Assembly: GCF_009914755.1 (NCBI RefSeq)
Contig: NC_060944.1
Strand: one strand, 5' to 3'
Source of the DNA: the human T2T-CHM13v2.0 reference genome, Homo sapiens
DNA: 64,000 bases
Part shown: positions 17,226 to 32,380 of the stretch, in pieces
Numbering within the stretch: the first letter of the stretch is position 1
Layout of the letters: each line of letters begins with the position of its first letter
Translations under genes and position numbers: made by a program
The notes under the pieces: generated by a model
The model's database searches: none
What the model saw: only the letters and a program-made list of their open reading frames with translations
What the model was told of the DNA's origin: nothing

Positions 17226-18397
17226 GTAAGTTCACAGGTGAATTAGGTGGTATTCAGAGTTTATTGTGAGAGAAACCATAGGAGGCATAGTTCATTGCTG
17301 AGATGTGTGAAGTAGTCATGAAAACAGATGAAGTATTGATTTCAAGCATGCAAAGAAGAGTATAACCCAGATTTCAGAAGCAGAAGGAAATATTCTGGGA
17401 CCCTGAATAGTTTTAATTATAAGCAAAACTAAAAATAACTAACACTACTCGAAGAAACTGATATTCTAATTAACAATGAGATTGATAGGTTTATTGACCA
17501 GAAAAAGTATTGAGAATTGCTCTGAAAAGCAAATTTATTGGTGTTGGCAGAGAAATGCTGTGGAAGAAGAAACAAAAAAGGAAAATAAAAACAAAGAAAA
17601 GATTAGTAAAGCAAGCAAGTGACTGCAGGGACAGTGTTCAGAAAGGTAGTGTCAACAGGGAGAAAAATGATGAGAGCAGTTCTGTAAGCGAGGACAGAAG
17701 CAACCCAGAACTACGCGAGAGCTGCAGGAGAGTACTGAGCAGACAGACACTCGGAGTAGCTTCCCAGCTTTCAGTCTCTCTGGGCTACATTTTGGCTAAC
17801 TAAAGGCAGGCCCAGGGGTAGCTGCTGCAGCATGAAGACAACTCAAAATAAGCCTCCTCCTCCTGCAGAGGGACTCACAAGCAGTCGGTGGAATTGTGGG
17901 TTATTTTGGGAGGCTGGACTCCATTTGCATTGTGTCCAATTTTGGGAAAGTAATTTGTCTGAGGAATTACAGAGGTATAGGAGAGAATTCATAGCATTGT
18001 AGATTTCTAAATATTGATTTCTAAACTTCTCTAGGGGAGCTGCCCAGCAGCCTTTCAGAATTCTGAATCCTTTGTTGAACTTAATGAATGCCGTAGACCT
18101 TCTTCCCTCCAAAATTGCAAACATGAGATTTTACATATTCAAGTGGATTGTAAAACCCCTAAAGTTCATCCTGGGTCCCCAAATTCTAAGGGGCTTACAG
18201 CCCTACTTTTATGGAAAGATTCACTGTTTCCTCATCTTTGTCCTTAATGCTCTTTGAAAAGAAAATTTATTTTTTCCACAAGTGTGTAAATACACTTGAC
18301 TAAACAGTACTTGATGACTTTTATTGTTTTCTATTTTCTCTCATTTAATTGATTTCATGGCACATTAATGGGTCATCACCCACATTTGAAAAGTCTT

Positions 18398-18758
<361 letters not shown>

Positions 18759-18768
18759 TCATTCCCAG

Positions 18769-18954
18769 CAAACCACAGTGCTAAGCAGTGCCGGACACCA
18801 TGTGCCTTGAGGACAGCATGTGGAGATTGCACCAGCGGCAGCTCTGAGTGCATGTGGTGCAGCAACATGAAGCAGTGTGTGGACTCCAATGCCTATGTGG
18901 CCTCCTTCCCTTTTGGCCAGTGTATGGAATGGTATACGATGAGCACCTGCCCCC
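18769..18954 (+). CDS. ATRN: ATRN exon ~17 (PSI repeat), ANHSAKQCRTPC...MSTCP
   Basis: Acceptor tttcattcccag|CA, donor C|gtaagt; 186 nt, phase 1 to 1. Confidence 0.97.
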
Positions 18955-19517
18955 GTAAGTGAAAAAGGGAGCCCTAGGCACTTATGCATGCCCTCAGTAT
19001 AGGCAACAACTCAGCCATGAGGCTGTGCTGTCAGCCTCTGAACATTTTAGAAACAAGACTGGACATGACCTCTGCTCAAACCTGACCAGAGACTGCCATC
19101 GAGACCTTGCTGCCTATTGAGAACCTTCATACAGAATCAGGCACATTGACAGTAAATAAATGTAAGATAGATCACAGAGTACAGAAATAACTTGTCCAAC
19201 TTCAGTGTCATATTGCTCAATCCATGTAATATCTCCATATCTGAATTTCCTAATTTGTAAAGTAAATGCTTTCCAATAGATAATCTCTAAGGTCCCTTTT
19301 GCCTTCAACATCCTGGAATTGAGAGAGGAGGGAAGGGTCATCTCTGTTATGTATTGGGCAAAATACTGGGCTCTTTACATTCATTATCTCTTTTAAATAA
19401 TCAAGACAGAATAATATTTTTGACTCAAGCCAGTTGAATAGTCTGTTAAAAAAAAAGTAAATACAGTGAATTCAGATCTACCTGTGATAGTCAATTGCAA
19501 CTTTTTTTTTTTAATAG

Positions 19518-19751
19518 CTGAAAATTGTTCAGGCTACTGTACCTGTAGTCATTGCTTGGAGCAACCAGGCTGTGGCTGGTGTACTGATCCCAGCAATACT
19601 GGCAAAGGGAAATGCATAGAGGGTTCCTATAAAGGACCAGTGAAGATGCCTTCGCAAGCCCCTACAGGAAATTTCTATCCACAGCCCCTGCTCAATTCCA
19701 GCATGTGTCTAGAGGACAGCAGATACAACTGGTCTTTCATTCACTGTCCAG
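19518..19751 (+). CDS. ATRN: ATRN exon ~18 (PSI repeat), ENCSGYCTC...FIHCP
   Basis: Acceptor ttttttaatag|CT, donor G|gtaaga; 234 nt, phase 1 to 1; CGWC motif. Confidence 0.97.
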
Positions 19752-20529
19752 GTAAGATGCCTTGCATATGCAAATTCAAGTGTTTCACTACTGATTTATG
19801 AAGAATAAAACCTTGAAAGCTACGTTGTGTATATGTAACTCCCTGCCCTCAGCCCCTTTCCTTCCTCCTAATGGTTGGTACAAGAAGGAATAGACCAGAA
19901 GCTGGTCCAAGGCCTGACCTGGACCTGCTGAGAGTGGTGGTGGGTTCCTAAGAAACCAATTCTAAGAAATTGGCCTTTGATTCAGACTTGAAGTGACCAC
20001 TCAGCAATGTGTCTGTGGGTTTCTAGAACAGTTGGGAGAGGCTGGGCTGGTGCAAAGACTCCTCAGAGATTAGCAGTCAAGAACTTCTCTAAGAGCCTGC
20101 CATTGACAACAGGGCTGTTTGTGAGGACTTTGTAAGGGAAAGTCCACTGTAAACAAAGCTAAAAGGGCAGAGACAGACTGGGAGAAAATACCTGCACTGC
20201 ATGTAACAACTGATGATCATCCAGAATATGTAAACTCCCACCCTCCAGGGAAAAAATAAGAAGCTAAATGTGAACCCAACAGAAAAAGTGGTTATTGGAG
20301 ATAAAGAAGCCATTCTCAGAAAAGGAAATAGAACAGGAAAATGTAAACTAACACCAGGAACCAATTTTTTGTCTACTAAACTGGATCAAATTTTCCGTGT
20401 TCCCTTTTTTCCATACTAAGATATGGGGGACCTGCAATTCTATTTTTAATCTACTAGGAGTTAACTTTTTAACGAAATATTTAAATCTCTGCTTTTTCAT
20501 GAATATCACGAATATATCTGGTAAAATGA

Positions 20530-21300
20530 CAACCCAGAGAATGGGAGAAAATATTTGCAAAGTATATATCTAATAAGAATCCAATGTCCAGAACACGTAA
20601 CTCTTAAAACTCAACAATAGAAAGACAACCCAATTAAGAAATGGATAAAGGATTTAAATAGACATATGTCCAGAGAAGAAATACAAATGGCCAATAAGCA
20701 CATGAAAAGATACTCAATATCATTCATCATTACCAAGAAATGCAAGTCAAAGCCACAATGAGATACCACTTTACACCCACTGAGATGGCTGTAATCAATA
20801 AAACAGGTAATAACAAGTATTGGAAGGATATGTAGAAATTGGAACTCTCATGCAGGTTGGCAGGTCCTCAAAAAGTTAAATATAGAGTTATCATACGGCC
20901 CAGCAGTTTTACTCCTAGGTACATACCCAAGAAAATTGAAAACGTATGTTACCCAAAAACTTGTATATAAATGCTTATGCTTATAGCATCATTCTTCATA
21001 GCATCATGCTCAAAGCAACATTATTCATAATAAGCAAAAGTGAAAACAAGCCAAATACCTGTTAGCTGGCAAATGGATGAACAAAGTGTTGTATATTCAT
21101 ACAGTGTAATGTTATTTGGCAATAAAAAGGAATGAAGTACTGACATATTTTCTGACATGGATTACCCTAAAAAAACATGCTATGTAAAAGAAGCCAGGTG
21201 CAAAAGATTATGCGTTGCATGATGCCATTTATATGAAATGTCCAAAGACAGAAAGTAGATGTTTAGTGGTTTCCTAGGGCTGGGCATGGAAATGAAGAAT
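20530..21300 (+). mobile_element. Old L1 (L1MB-type) 3' region, sense
   Basis: gaatgggagaaaatatttgcaa, gaaatgcaagtcaaagccacaatgagatacc, aataaaaaggaatgaagtactga. Confidence 0.85.
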
Positions 21301-21715
21301 AATAGGCATGAGGTTTTCTAGAGTAGCTGCAGCATTATTTTCTGACATGGATTACCCTAAAAAAAATGCTATGTGAAAGAAGCCAGGTACAAAAGATTAT
21401 GCATTGCATGATGCCATTTATATGAAATGTCCAAAGGCAGAAAGTAGATGTTTAGTGGTTTCCTAGGGCTGGGGATGGAAACAAGGAATAATAGGCATGA
21501 GGTTTTCTAGAGTAGCTGCAGTATTATTTTCTGACATGAATTACCCTAAAAAAACATGCTATGTAAAAGAAGCCAGGTACAAAAGATTATGCATTGCATG
21601 ATGCCATTTATATGAAATGTCCAAAGGCAGAAAGTAGATGTTTAGTGGTTTCCTAGGGCTGGGGATGGAAACAAGGAATAATAGGCATGAGATTTTGTAG
21701 AGTAGCTGCACCATT
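21146..21715. repeat. Tandem triplication of a unit of about 190 bp
   Basis: tctgacatg.attaccctaaaaa recurs at 21151, 21341 and 21530; copies highly similar. Confidence 0.95.
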
Positions 21716-22697
21716 TTATGCTCTCACCAACATCATATGAAGGTTCATATCTTTCCACATCCTTGCCAATACTTGTTACTATCTTTTTAATGAAAACTGT
21801 TCTAGTGGATGAGAAATGGCATCTCACTGTTGTTTTCATTTGTATTTTCCTGATAACTAATGAAATTGAACATCAACTTCATTAGTTAGCCTTTTGTATA
21901 TCTTCTTTGGAGAAATATTTAGTCAAATTCTTTGCCCATTTTTCAGTTATGTTGTCTTTTTTATTATTGAGTTGTAAGAGTTCTTTATGAATTCTGAAGT
22001 CCCTTATTGGATATATTATTTGCAAATACTTTCTCCCATTATATGGGTTTCTTTTCACTTTCTTAATATGCCTTTTGAAATCAAAAGTTTTCAGTTTTGA
22101 TTAAGTTCCATGTATCAATGTTTTATTTTATCCCATGTGCTTTTTGGTATTGTATCTAGAAAATCAGTGCCCAAGTAACCCAGGATCACATAGATTTGCT
22201 CCTAAGTTTTCTTTGAAAAGTTTCATAGATTTGTGTGTTACATTAGGTCCTTGATCCATTTTGAGTTAATTTTTGTGTATGGTGTGAGGTAGGGGTCCAA
22301 ACTCTCTTTTTGCCTGTGGATGTGGTCCTGCACCATTTGTTGAAAAGATTTTTTTTTTTTTTAACCATTGAATTTTCATGGCACATTTGTTGCAGATCAG
22401 TTGACTGTGAATCTAGGAACTTTTTTCTAAGCTCTCATTTTTGTGCAGTTGACCAATGTTTCTCCTTTTGCCAATATTACACTGTTTTGATTACTGTGGC
22501 TTTGTATAAGTTTTAAAATTGGGAAGGCTAAGTCCTCCACCTTTGTTCTTATTTTGCAAGACTGTTACAGCTATTCTGGGTTTCTTGCATGTTCATATTA
22601 ATTTTAGGATGAGCTTGCCATTTTCTGCAACAACAAAAAGCCAACTGGTTTGATAAGGTTTGCATTGAATCTACTGACCAATTTGGGGTGTATTGCC

Positions 22698-23017
22698 TGT
22701 TTGTTTGTTTGTTTGTTTGTTTGTTTGTTTGTTGAGAGAGGGTCTCACTCTGTCACCCAGGCTGGAGCGCAGTGGTGCTATCTTGGCTCACTGCAGCCTC
22801 CGCTTTCCCAGGCTCAAGTGATTCTCCAGCCTCAGCCTCTCGAGTAACTGGTACTACAGGCATGAGCTACCAACACCCAGCTAATTTTTATATTTTTTTA
22901 GAGACAGGGTTTCGCCATGTTGCCCAGGCTGGTCTTGAACTCCTGAGCTCAAAGCAATCCTCCTGCCTCTGCCTCCCTAAGTTCTGGGATTACAGGTGTG
23001 AGCCACCACGCCTGGCC
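22698..23017 (-). mobile_element. AluJ, antisense, (TTTG)n tail
   Basis: Dimer. Confidence 0.93.
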
Positions 23018-23839
23018 CTTGCCATCTTAACAAGGTTAAATCTTCTAGCCTATGAACCTGGAATGTCTATTTATTTACCTCTTTACTTTCTTTTGGCATT
23101 GTTTTATAGTTTTCAGTGTACATCATTGTCTTGTTCCTTTTTTTAGGGGAAAATAATTCAGTCTTTATTAAATATGATATTTGTTTAGTTTTTTTTATAC
23201 ATGCCCTTTATTGGGTTGAGAAAGTTTCCTTCTATTCTAGTTTTTTGAGGGTTTTGTAATGAATGAGTGCTAGATTTTGTCAAACACTTTTTCTGTGTCT
23301 ACTTAGATGATCACGAAGTTTTGTTCTTTATTAATACTATGTATTACATTAATTAAGAATGTTAAACCAGTTTTGCATTCCTGGGATAAAGCCCATTTAG
23401 TCATGATGTATACTTTTTTATCATGATGTATATTTTTAATCTGCTGTTGGATTCTATTTGCTAGTTGGGGATTTTGTGTGTACATTCATGAGGGGGATAT
23501 AAGTTTGTGGTTTTCTTCTTTTGTGATTACTATCTGGTTTTCATAGCAGGGTAGTACTGGCCTCCTAGAGTAAGTTGGAACGTATTCCTCCTCCTCTATT
23601 TACTGGAAGAGTTCGTCAAGGATTAGCATTAATTCTTCTTTAGATGTTGATTGAATTCACCAGTGAAACCAAATGGGCCTGGCCTTTTTCTTTACAGGAA
23701 AATTTTAAATTATTAATTCAATCTGTTTGTTATAGATCTATTCAGATTTTCTTTTTCTGAGTGAGTCAGTTTTGGTAATCTGTTTTTCTAGGAATTTGTC
23801 TATTCTCAGTAATCAAATTTGTTAACATACAGTTCGTAG

Positions 23840-24171
<332 letters not shown>

Positions 24172-24655
24172 AGTTCATAGTATTTTCTTGCAGGTTGCTC
24201 TTTAGCAATATGTAGTCTCCTGTTTAACCTGTTAACGATTTTTTTTTCTGTCTAATTTGGTTTTATTATTCTTTTACATTTTGCAAGGGCTCTAAATATT
24301 GTGAGGGTTTTTTTTTTTAAGAGCTTGCTCTCTTATATTGTGGATGCAATAATTTAAGCCTTATTGAATGTACTAAAATTCGTATTTTTCATTCTCTCAT
24401 ATTTCTTGCATTAACCCTTCCTTCAGGATTTGTTGCTGTGCGTGTTTATCCTGGTGGTATTCGGAGATTGAGAGTTTTCTTATACTGGTTAATCCTCAAG
24501 GTTAATTTGTATTAATAACTAAATGTGTAGATCTGTCAATATTGGTCAGTGGTTGGGTGTGCTGAGCTGTTGTGAAAGTGTGGTATGATGTCCTGGAAAA
24601 GCTAGCAAGCCAGCCTCAGGACACTCCAGCTCTGGTCCACTTCGACTGTTGTTGA

Positions 24656-25161
<506 letters not shown>

Positions 25162-25261
25162 TAAACAGAACAAGTACAAGGCTATGGAAGGTTGCCAAGA
25201 TGGTGAAAAACTGCATCACACTGATCAACCAAGGCAGATCTGAAGAATCAGATTTTGCTTA

Positions 25262-25345
25262 CAGTGCAGGTTGTGCACTATGTAAATGTTTCCCCCATCC
25301 TATTCCCCCCTAGAGTTCTGCAGTGCACAGCCTGTGCAGCTGTCC
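25262..25345. mobile_element. MER91-like palindromic hAT fragment
   Basis: Inverted arms gcaggttgtgcact / agtgcacagcctgt. Confidence 0.5.
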
Positions 25346-26042
25346 TGAGCAGTCCTCAGAGGTCCAAGCTTCATATACCTTTCTAGTTGTAAAGCCCTAT
25401 ATCCATTAGGAGTCTTAGTAATCCCACTTGTGGAAATGTTTATCCGTAAAGATGGTTATTTTTCTAATAATGAAAAATGTAAAGCAAACTAAATATTAGA
25501 ATATAAGGGAATGGTTAAATAACTGTTAAGATTCATCAAAATCATTCTACCATTTGAAGTTTTGTTTATAATTGATGAAATAAGGTGGTAAAATAGTTGT
25601 GATCTAAGTTAAGAAAGGTGAATATTAATATGAACATAATTGTGCAAATTATGTTCTTCTGGTATAGAAAAATACCAGAAGAAAATATATCAAATGTGAA
25701 CAGTGGTCTCTGAGTGGTTGGATTGTATATGATCTTTCCCCATCCTTCTATTTTTTAAATATACTGTCATGAGCATACGTTATTTTTTAGTGAATAACAA
25801 CAAAAAATATTTTTTAATATCACTATGGGCTTTCACCTTGCTGTGATACATTTTCAATTTTCCTGGACTAGCTCTTCTTTGATATTTTTTATCTTATTTC
25901 TCAAATTAGTTTTTAGTGGGCCAGTTTTGGTGATTTATCAAAGATAAATTAACTACAGAGATAGTTGCAGATAAATCTTATTGAACTTAACTACATGCAG
26001 TTCTTCCATGGTACAGACCCCTTGAAACTCTTTTTCTTGCAG

Positions 26043-26180
26043 CTTGCCAATGCAACGGCCACAGTAAATGCATCAATCAGAGCATCTGTGAGAAGTGTGA
26101 GAACCTGACCACAGGCAAGCACTGCGAGACCTGCATATCTGGCTTCTACGGTGATCCCACCAATGGAGGGAAATGTCAGC
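26043..26180 (+). CDS. ATRN: ATRN exon ~19 (laminin-EGF 1), ACQCNGHSKC...GGKCQ
   Basis: Acceptor ttttcttgcag|CT, donor C|gtaagt; 138 nt, phase 1 to 1; CETCISGFYGDP. Confidence 0.97.
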
Positions 26181-26991
26181 GTAAGTCAAATTGGTCAGGT
26201 TTACTCATGGCAAATCGGTGTGGAACACAGCACTTCTATTTGACTTGAATATCTAGGAGGAAAAAAGCCACTTTGTTTTGGATACCACATTTCTTATTAA
26301 ATCATACTGGTCAGAAGCTCAGCTGAGCTGGAAGAAAGAACCAAGGTTTCAGTGTAGCTGGTTAAAGCAACAAGCCAAAAATGTTAGAGTCAAGCCTTTG
26401 ACCACATTCTGCAGTGGTATAAGCAAGGGCCCAAAACCAGAGAAAGTGCCAACTTCCCCTGTTTCCTTTCCTCCCATTGAACAGGGCACAGGTCAATAGT
26501 CAGAGGGATCAGCTCAGACATGGGAGTCTTGGGGCTCATCTCACTGAGGCCTGGACAAAAGGTTCCAGCAGTATATGGACACTAAGGTTGTGGGAAGGGC
26601 AAGGTGTAAGGGCTAGGACTGGGAAAGTCCTGGGTTGGAGTCAGAGTTAGGAAAGTGTCTTCTGAATTCCCCCTCCTCCCCCCATCAGGAGGCCTTGGTG
26701 CCTGAAGAAGACCTCAGCCCAAGGCCTCAGATAGGGAGCCTGGGAATAAAGGCTCCAGGGCTAGGAATGTGAACATGTGAAGGAGCGTGACCCGTGAGGT
26801 AGACCTGAGTCCTTAACTGCACCTCTCTCAGAGCCCCACACTTAGGCCCACCTCACAGGTCATGCTCTGCCAGGTAAAGCCTGTGGCATTGCCTGTGGTC
26901 AGGCCTGAAAAATCACACACGGGCTTTTTAACCAGGAGCCAGACTCCTCAATACTTATAGTGTATTTTAAAGGTTTAAATAGTCCCGTGTT

Positions 26992-27318
<327 letters not shown>

Positions 27319-28244
27319 TTATGTCAAATAGAAGCCTGCAAGCAATAGGACATTTTATTATGAGAACAAAAATTATGACAAGTGATATTAATGAACTGCT
27401 TTTTTTATTCTAGTTTCCAGCCAAAAAACATAATGAGTACTATAGTCGAAAGACTTTTCAAAGTTCTGAGCAGGAAAAGTAAACAACATAGGGAAATCTC
27501 TACCTACTCCCCAGATCCCAACTCCAAACTCTTTGGCATGGCCCTTCAGAATCTGATCTGATCCAAGACCAGCCAGGAGAGAGGCAGCGTTCTAGCTGTG
27601 TGTCCCTTACTCTCCCTGGGGTTCAGTTTCCTCCTAATAATAGGGTGGTTGTTAAGATGAAAGCAGAGCAGCACATGACACATGTTCCACAGGATACTAG
27701 TCAATACTCAGTAGATGTGGGCAATTCTTATTACCCTTCTAATGCCATTCTCCACTACTCCTAAGTAAAAGTTCTTGCTCAGATTAAAAGGTATTTGGTG
27801 AAAATGTTTTCCCCACTCTTTGTGAATAGACTTAATCCGTTAGACAGTAACCAGAGTACCTAACAGAGTGGTGGAGTGTACAAGGCATTGTGCTGTTACC
27901 CACTCAAGACACAGGTGCTTTTATTATCCCCAAGATCAAGTAAACTGCCCAGGGTCTCACAGTGAGATGTGGCCAAGCTAAGAACCACGCCCAGTCTGTG
28001 CTGACCTTAATTACTTGGCTGGTTGTGCTTCCAGATGCCATCATACCCACATCAGCAGCTGCTATCTAGAAGCATCACATTTTCCTCTGTGAGATCTACA
28101 GGGCCTGAGTACAATTTGCCTTATTTTTCAGAGTCCTAATCCACGGTAGAAAGCGTGGTGTTTATAGAATACTGCAGATGGCACCAAGTCTTTGATGTTT
28201 TCTTCTTAAAATTGTATAGTCCTTAGGTAACGATAGTAGCCATG

Positions 28245-28460
28245 ATTTCTTGAATGCTTACTGTGTTTGAGACATCATATACATATCATCACAAACACCC
28301 CTATGAGATAGGTACTGTTGTTATCCCCATCATATGGACAAGGAAGCTGAAACTCAGAAAGGTTAAGTAGCATTCCCAGAGTGACAGAAGAGCCAAGTAG
28401 AGGACGCTGAATTCAAACCCAGGCAGATGGACGTAAGGCCTTTGCTTTTCACTATACATT
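28245..28460 (-). mobile_element. MIR
   Basis: Core ttatccccat...aagctgaaactcagaaaggttaagt...attcaaacccaggcag. Confidence 0.8.
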
Positions 28461-29352
28461 ACACACCTTCCCCCAGTCTCAACAGAGCCAAGTGTCAGAC
28501 ACTCATGATTCTGACTTCAGCATCCATTCTGTTAATCTCTGCACTATTCTGTTTTATAGTTTTCTTTGGGTGATTCCAAAGGATTTATTTTTAAAGCATA
28601 CCTCTCTCCAGCTGAATGCCTTTCATTTATTCACCAGCAAAACAGGGTATAAAGTGAAAAGGTGTTGACCAAAAAGGCTTTCACTTTTTTCAACTGGAGT
28701 ATAATATTTATCACGGCTTGTATTACGTTGGATGATAAAAGGAGAGATGTTGAGTTGGCCAGATGAGGGAGATGGGAAGAGCTATTTTCTGTAAAGGCAA
28801 AGGAAAAGGTGAAGCAAGGGTGGCATGTCCTGAGGGCCCCTAAAGCGCTGACCTTGGCATTGGATCCTGGTTCTGAGCCCTGCGGTGATTCCAAATGTGA
28901 CCATCGTGGAGAAGGCACCTCAGCCAAGACCAGCCCTCCTTCAGAGGACAGTCACCTCCAGAGCACCTCCCTAGGGGCAGCAGCTATGTCTGTGTCCCCA
29001 CACCCAGCACCTGGCATTCTAGAGATGCTTCACAAATATTTATTGAATGAATCAAAGAATCATAGCAGTGAAAAAGAGAGTCTATTGAAAAGATCAAAAT
29101 AGTCATTGCTTCAGAAGGTAGTGGGTACCAGCATTCACTTTCCTCCTGTCCTTTGTTTGGTTCCTTTAATGTTACCTATACATTATTATCATTAGCTGAA
29201 AAATCATGAATCTTACCCATTGAATGCTCGTACTTTAATCTGTCTTTCCTACTGAACTCAATTCAGATAAAATTGCTTGTTTTGGAAAAAGTCTCCAATA
29301 GTCAGAATTTTTTAAGCCAGTTGTGACCTCTGTTCCTTTTTCTTCTCTGCAG

Positions 29353-29446
29353 CATGCAAGTGCAATGGGCACGCGTCTCTGTGCAACACCAACACGGGCA
29401 AGTGCTTCTGCACCACCAAGGGCGTCAAGGGGGACGAGTGCCAGCT
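29353..29446 (+). CDS. ATRN: ATRN exon ~20 (laminin-EGF 2), PCKCNGHASLC...DECQ(L)
   Basis: Acceptor tcttctctgcag|CA, donor CT|gtgagt; 94 nt, phase 1 to 2. Confidence 0.96.
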
Positions 29447-31250
29447 GTGAGTACCATACTCCCTGGACCACCAGCGAGGACCAAGAGGCTGTGCAGCTGC
29501 CTGAACCCCACCCTGAGAGCCACCCACTTCCCTGTGTCTTGTTGCTGTGGGCTCTGAGGGATCCCTGGGTTGATTAGTTTGAAATTTTGCCCATTCTATT
29601 TCAGACAGGTCAGTCCCCAAAATGAGGAGGTCGTCGAGTTAGCAGCAATTCCTTAATGGCTCTTGAATTCACATTTTTGTTTAAATGATACTGACATTTC
29701 CTGGGTTGTCCATTTGGAGTAGTCATTTTAACTTCAGCAACTACTTGATTTTTGTCATGTCAAGAGATTATACTCTTTCCCAAAGAGTAGAGATGGAAGA
29801 GCTGGTGTTTTGGTGATGGCATTTATTTGGCGTTTGGTTGTCTGATTGTGGAAATGATCCTCTTACCTTTAACATTTCCCATTACTCTAGCATTTTCCTT
29901 GTTGAAGCATGTCAGGCATCTTCCTGGAGAGGGTTTGAAGTCCCCATCCATGAGGATGCAGGTGCAGCAGCATCAGGCATGTTTAAGGTTTCAGACCTGG
30001 CCCTGCCTCCACTGAGCAAGGTGCTCTTGAGGCAAATCACTGTTCCCCCCATCTGTCAGTAGTGGGACTAGCAGTAATTGTTTTTGGTGTCCTGGTAGGT
30101 TGAAACAGGAAGGATAGTTCCTCAATCAATGTATACCGGGCTGTCTCACTGGGAAACCTCATAAAATGCATGTATCCACATTTACTCATTCTCAAGAAAA
30201 AACTTAAAAAGTGTTTAGTGTCAAAACACTGAGCTGATTAATCATTGTAAACATCATTATTTCTTAAATAACAGTAGTAATAATGCCACCAGTGATTGAG
30301 ACATCATTGCTGGTGCTACTCAGCAGGGTTTGGTCTGTCTACTTTTTAGTTTATATCTGCATATATGTTTACTAGCTTCATGTTGCCCTAAAGCCAATAT
30401 GTGAAGAAAAGTCTAATCCAAGGTTAAATTTAACTTTTAGGTCCACATTCCCTTAAACAGAAAAATGTCATCGAGCAAAATTAATCACTCTTACCCTCAG
30501 TTAGCTGATGCAACAAAGACATGAGGTGGCATCAAGTAAGACTTTCAAGTTCCTTCGAGATCGCAGATGTAGGCAGGTGCTGCTCATCACCCTGGCTAAA
30601 GCGACACAGCATACCTGCCTGGGAAAGGCCATTACCCACTTCCCGCCCTTTCCTCTTCATGCATAGCTGTTGTGTTTACCTAAATGCTTCATGAAGTGGG
30701 AGGCTGGGTTTTGCTGATGTTTATAGATGATCTGTATGGGGAAATTGTTTTCTGAGTAGAACATATTTTTTTTCTACAGACTGGTGAACACTTGTTCCAG
30801 GGTTTAAAAAAACAGTGATTCTTGGTATTTAGTCTTCTCTCACTTGTGTTTAAAGAAGAGAATTAGTTTATCCAGGGAACATAGGAAAGAAGTGAGAAAT
30901 TAGTATTTGAAAAATGTTTTGACTGCACTTTTAGAAGAATATGTAGTCCACACAAAATTGAAAATGTTTTTCATTATAGTAAATAGGTTTATTACATTTG
31001 GATTTCTCTCATTGCTTTGGCAAATGCTTGTCAATTGTCCTCATATAGTTGGTGTGTGAACTGCTGAGCAGTCAGTATTGAAGCGTTCATGCATGCTCTT
31101 CCTAGACTGCCTGAGCTGAGTTATGGTGAAGGATGCAATTATAATGGCTCCAGACTATCTGTACTTTATATAAAAGGATCTGTTTGGTTTTAAAATGAAT
31201 TCAGTTTCTGTTTTAAATAGCAGTATAAAATAGTCTTTTTTCCCCCCCAG

Positions 31251-31303
31251 ATGTGAGGTAGAAAATCGATACCAAGGAAACCCTCTCAGAGGAACATGTT
31301 ATT
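31251..31303 (+). CDS. ATRN: ATRN exon ~21, CEVENRYQGNPLRGTCY
   Basis: Acceptor ttttcccccccag|A, donor T|gtaagt; 53 nt, phase 2 to 1. Confidence 0.96.
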
Positions 31304-31864
31304 GTAAGTGGTTTTGCAATTCTTATTTCTAGAAGCAAAGTAGTTCAGTAAAACTTCATTGTTTAAACGGGTTTGAGAATAGTAAGTGCTATAAGACTAT
31401 AGCAGCCACCAATGAAGTGTTCCCAGACTTGATATGTTTACATTCTGTTAAGTTTACTACATATAGGAGCACTGTTTTAAGCTGTTTTAATTGTGTTTGG
31501 GGTTAACGTTAATGTGTCCATAGCAGATAGCAGGAGAGAGTAGAGAGGCATGCATCTTTGTCTATCCACATTTATGTTCTCTTAAAACTTTATTTGCCAT
31601 TACCTAGTTGGGGTTATCATATTTCGTGTTTTAGGATGTAGATCAAAAACAGAATTCTTACAATATGGTTGAACTTTTTGTCATTCTGTCTGGAACTGAT
31701 TTGTGTTAACCACCTTGAGGTGAAAGGTGAGTCTGACAAGGTGACCATGTTTTTATGGGTAAATGTGTTTTCTCTTTATGGGAGAATCCACATGGTAGAC
31801 CAGAGTACGGGACCAGAAAAAAGGAGTTAATGTTATGGCATATCCATTGTAATTATATACCTGC

Positions 31865-31925
31865 TGTACTGGGTTGAATAACATCCCTTCAAAATTCATG
31901 TCCACTTGGAACCTGTGAATATGAC

Positions 31926-31928
<3 letters not shown>
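31865..31928. mobile_element. Short MLT1 (MaLR LTR) terminal fragment
   Basis: tgtactgggttgaataacatcccttcaaaattcatgtccac. Confidence 0.6.

Positions 31929-31959
<31 letters not shown>
31929..31959. repeat. (AT)15 microsatellite
   Basis: Directly visible. Confidence 0.97.
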
Positions 31960-31965
<6 letters not shown>

Positions 31966-32380
31966 ACTTCTAAAAGAAAACAAGAGAAAAACATCTTGAC
32001 CTTGGGTGGGGAAAAGTTGTTAGATAGGATTCTAAAAGCATAATTCATAAATAAAAAGTAGACTAATGAAACTATATAAAAATTTAAAACTTGTAGGAAA
32101 AAACCATCCAAAACATAAAAAGCCACAGACTAGAGAAAATACTCGCACATCATCATATATTTGATAAGGAGTTTATATCCAGAATACATGAGGAACTCTT
32201 ACAACTGAATAAGATGACAATTCCAGTTAAAAACAGGCAAAGATTTGAAAAGACATTTCATGAAAGAAGATATTACAGTGGCCAATAAGCACATTAAAAA
32301 CGACTTAACATCATTCGTTATTTGGAATGGAGATTTTAAAACCACAGTCAGATACAGCCCTAAAGTGATTAGAATCCAAC
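31960..32380 (+). mobile_element. Old L1 ORF2 fragment
   Basis: ataaaacttctaaaagaaaac, aagccacagactagagaaaatact, gtggccaataagcac. Confidence 0.75.

Noticed and set aside
17950-18200. Possible ancient hAT/MER fragment
   Set aside because: Too degenerate to assign without a search
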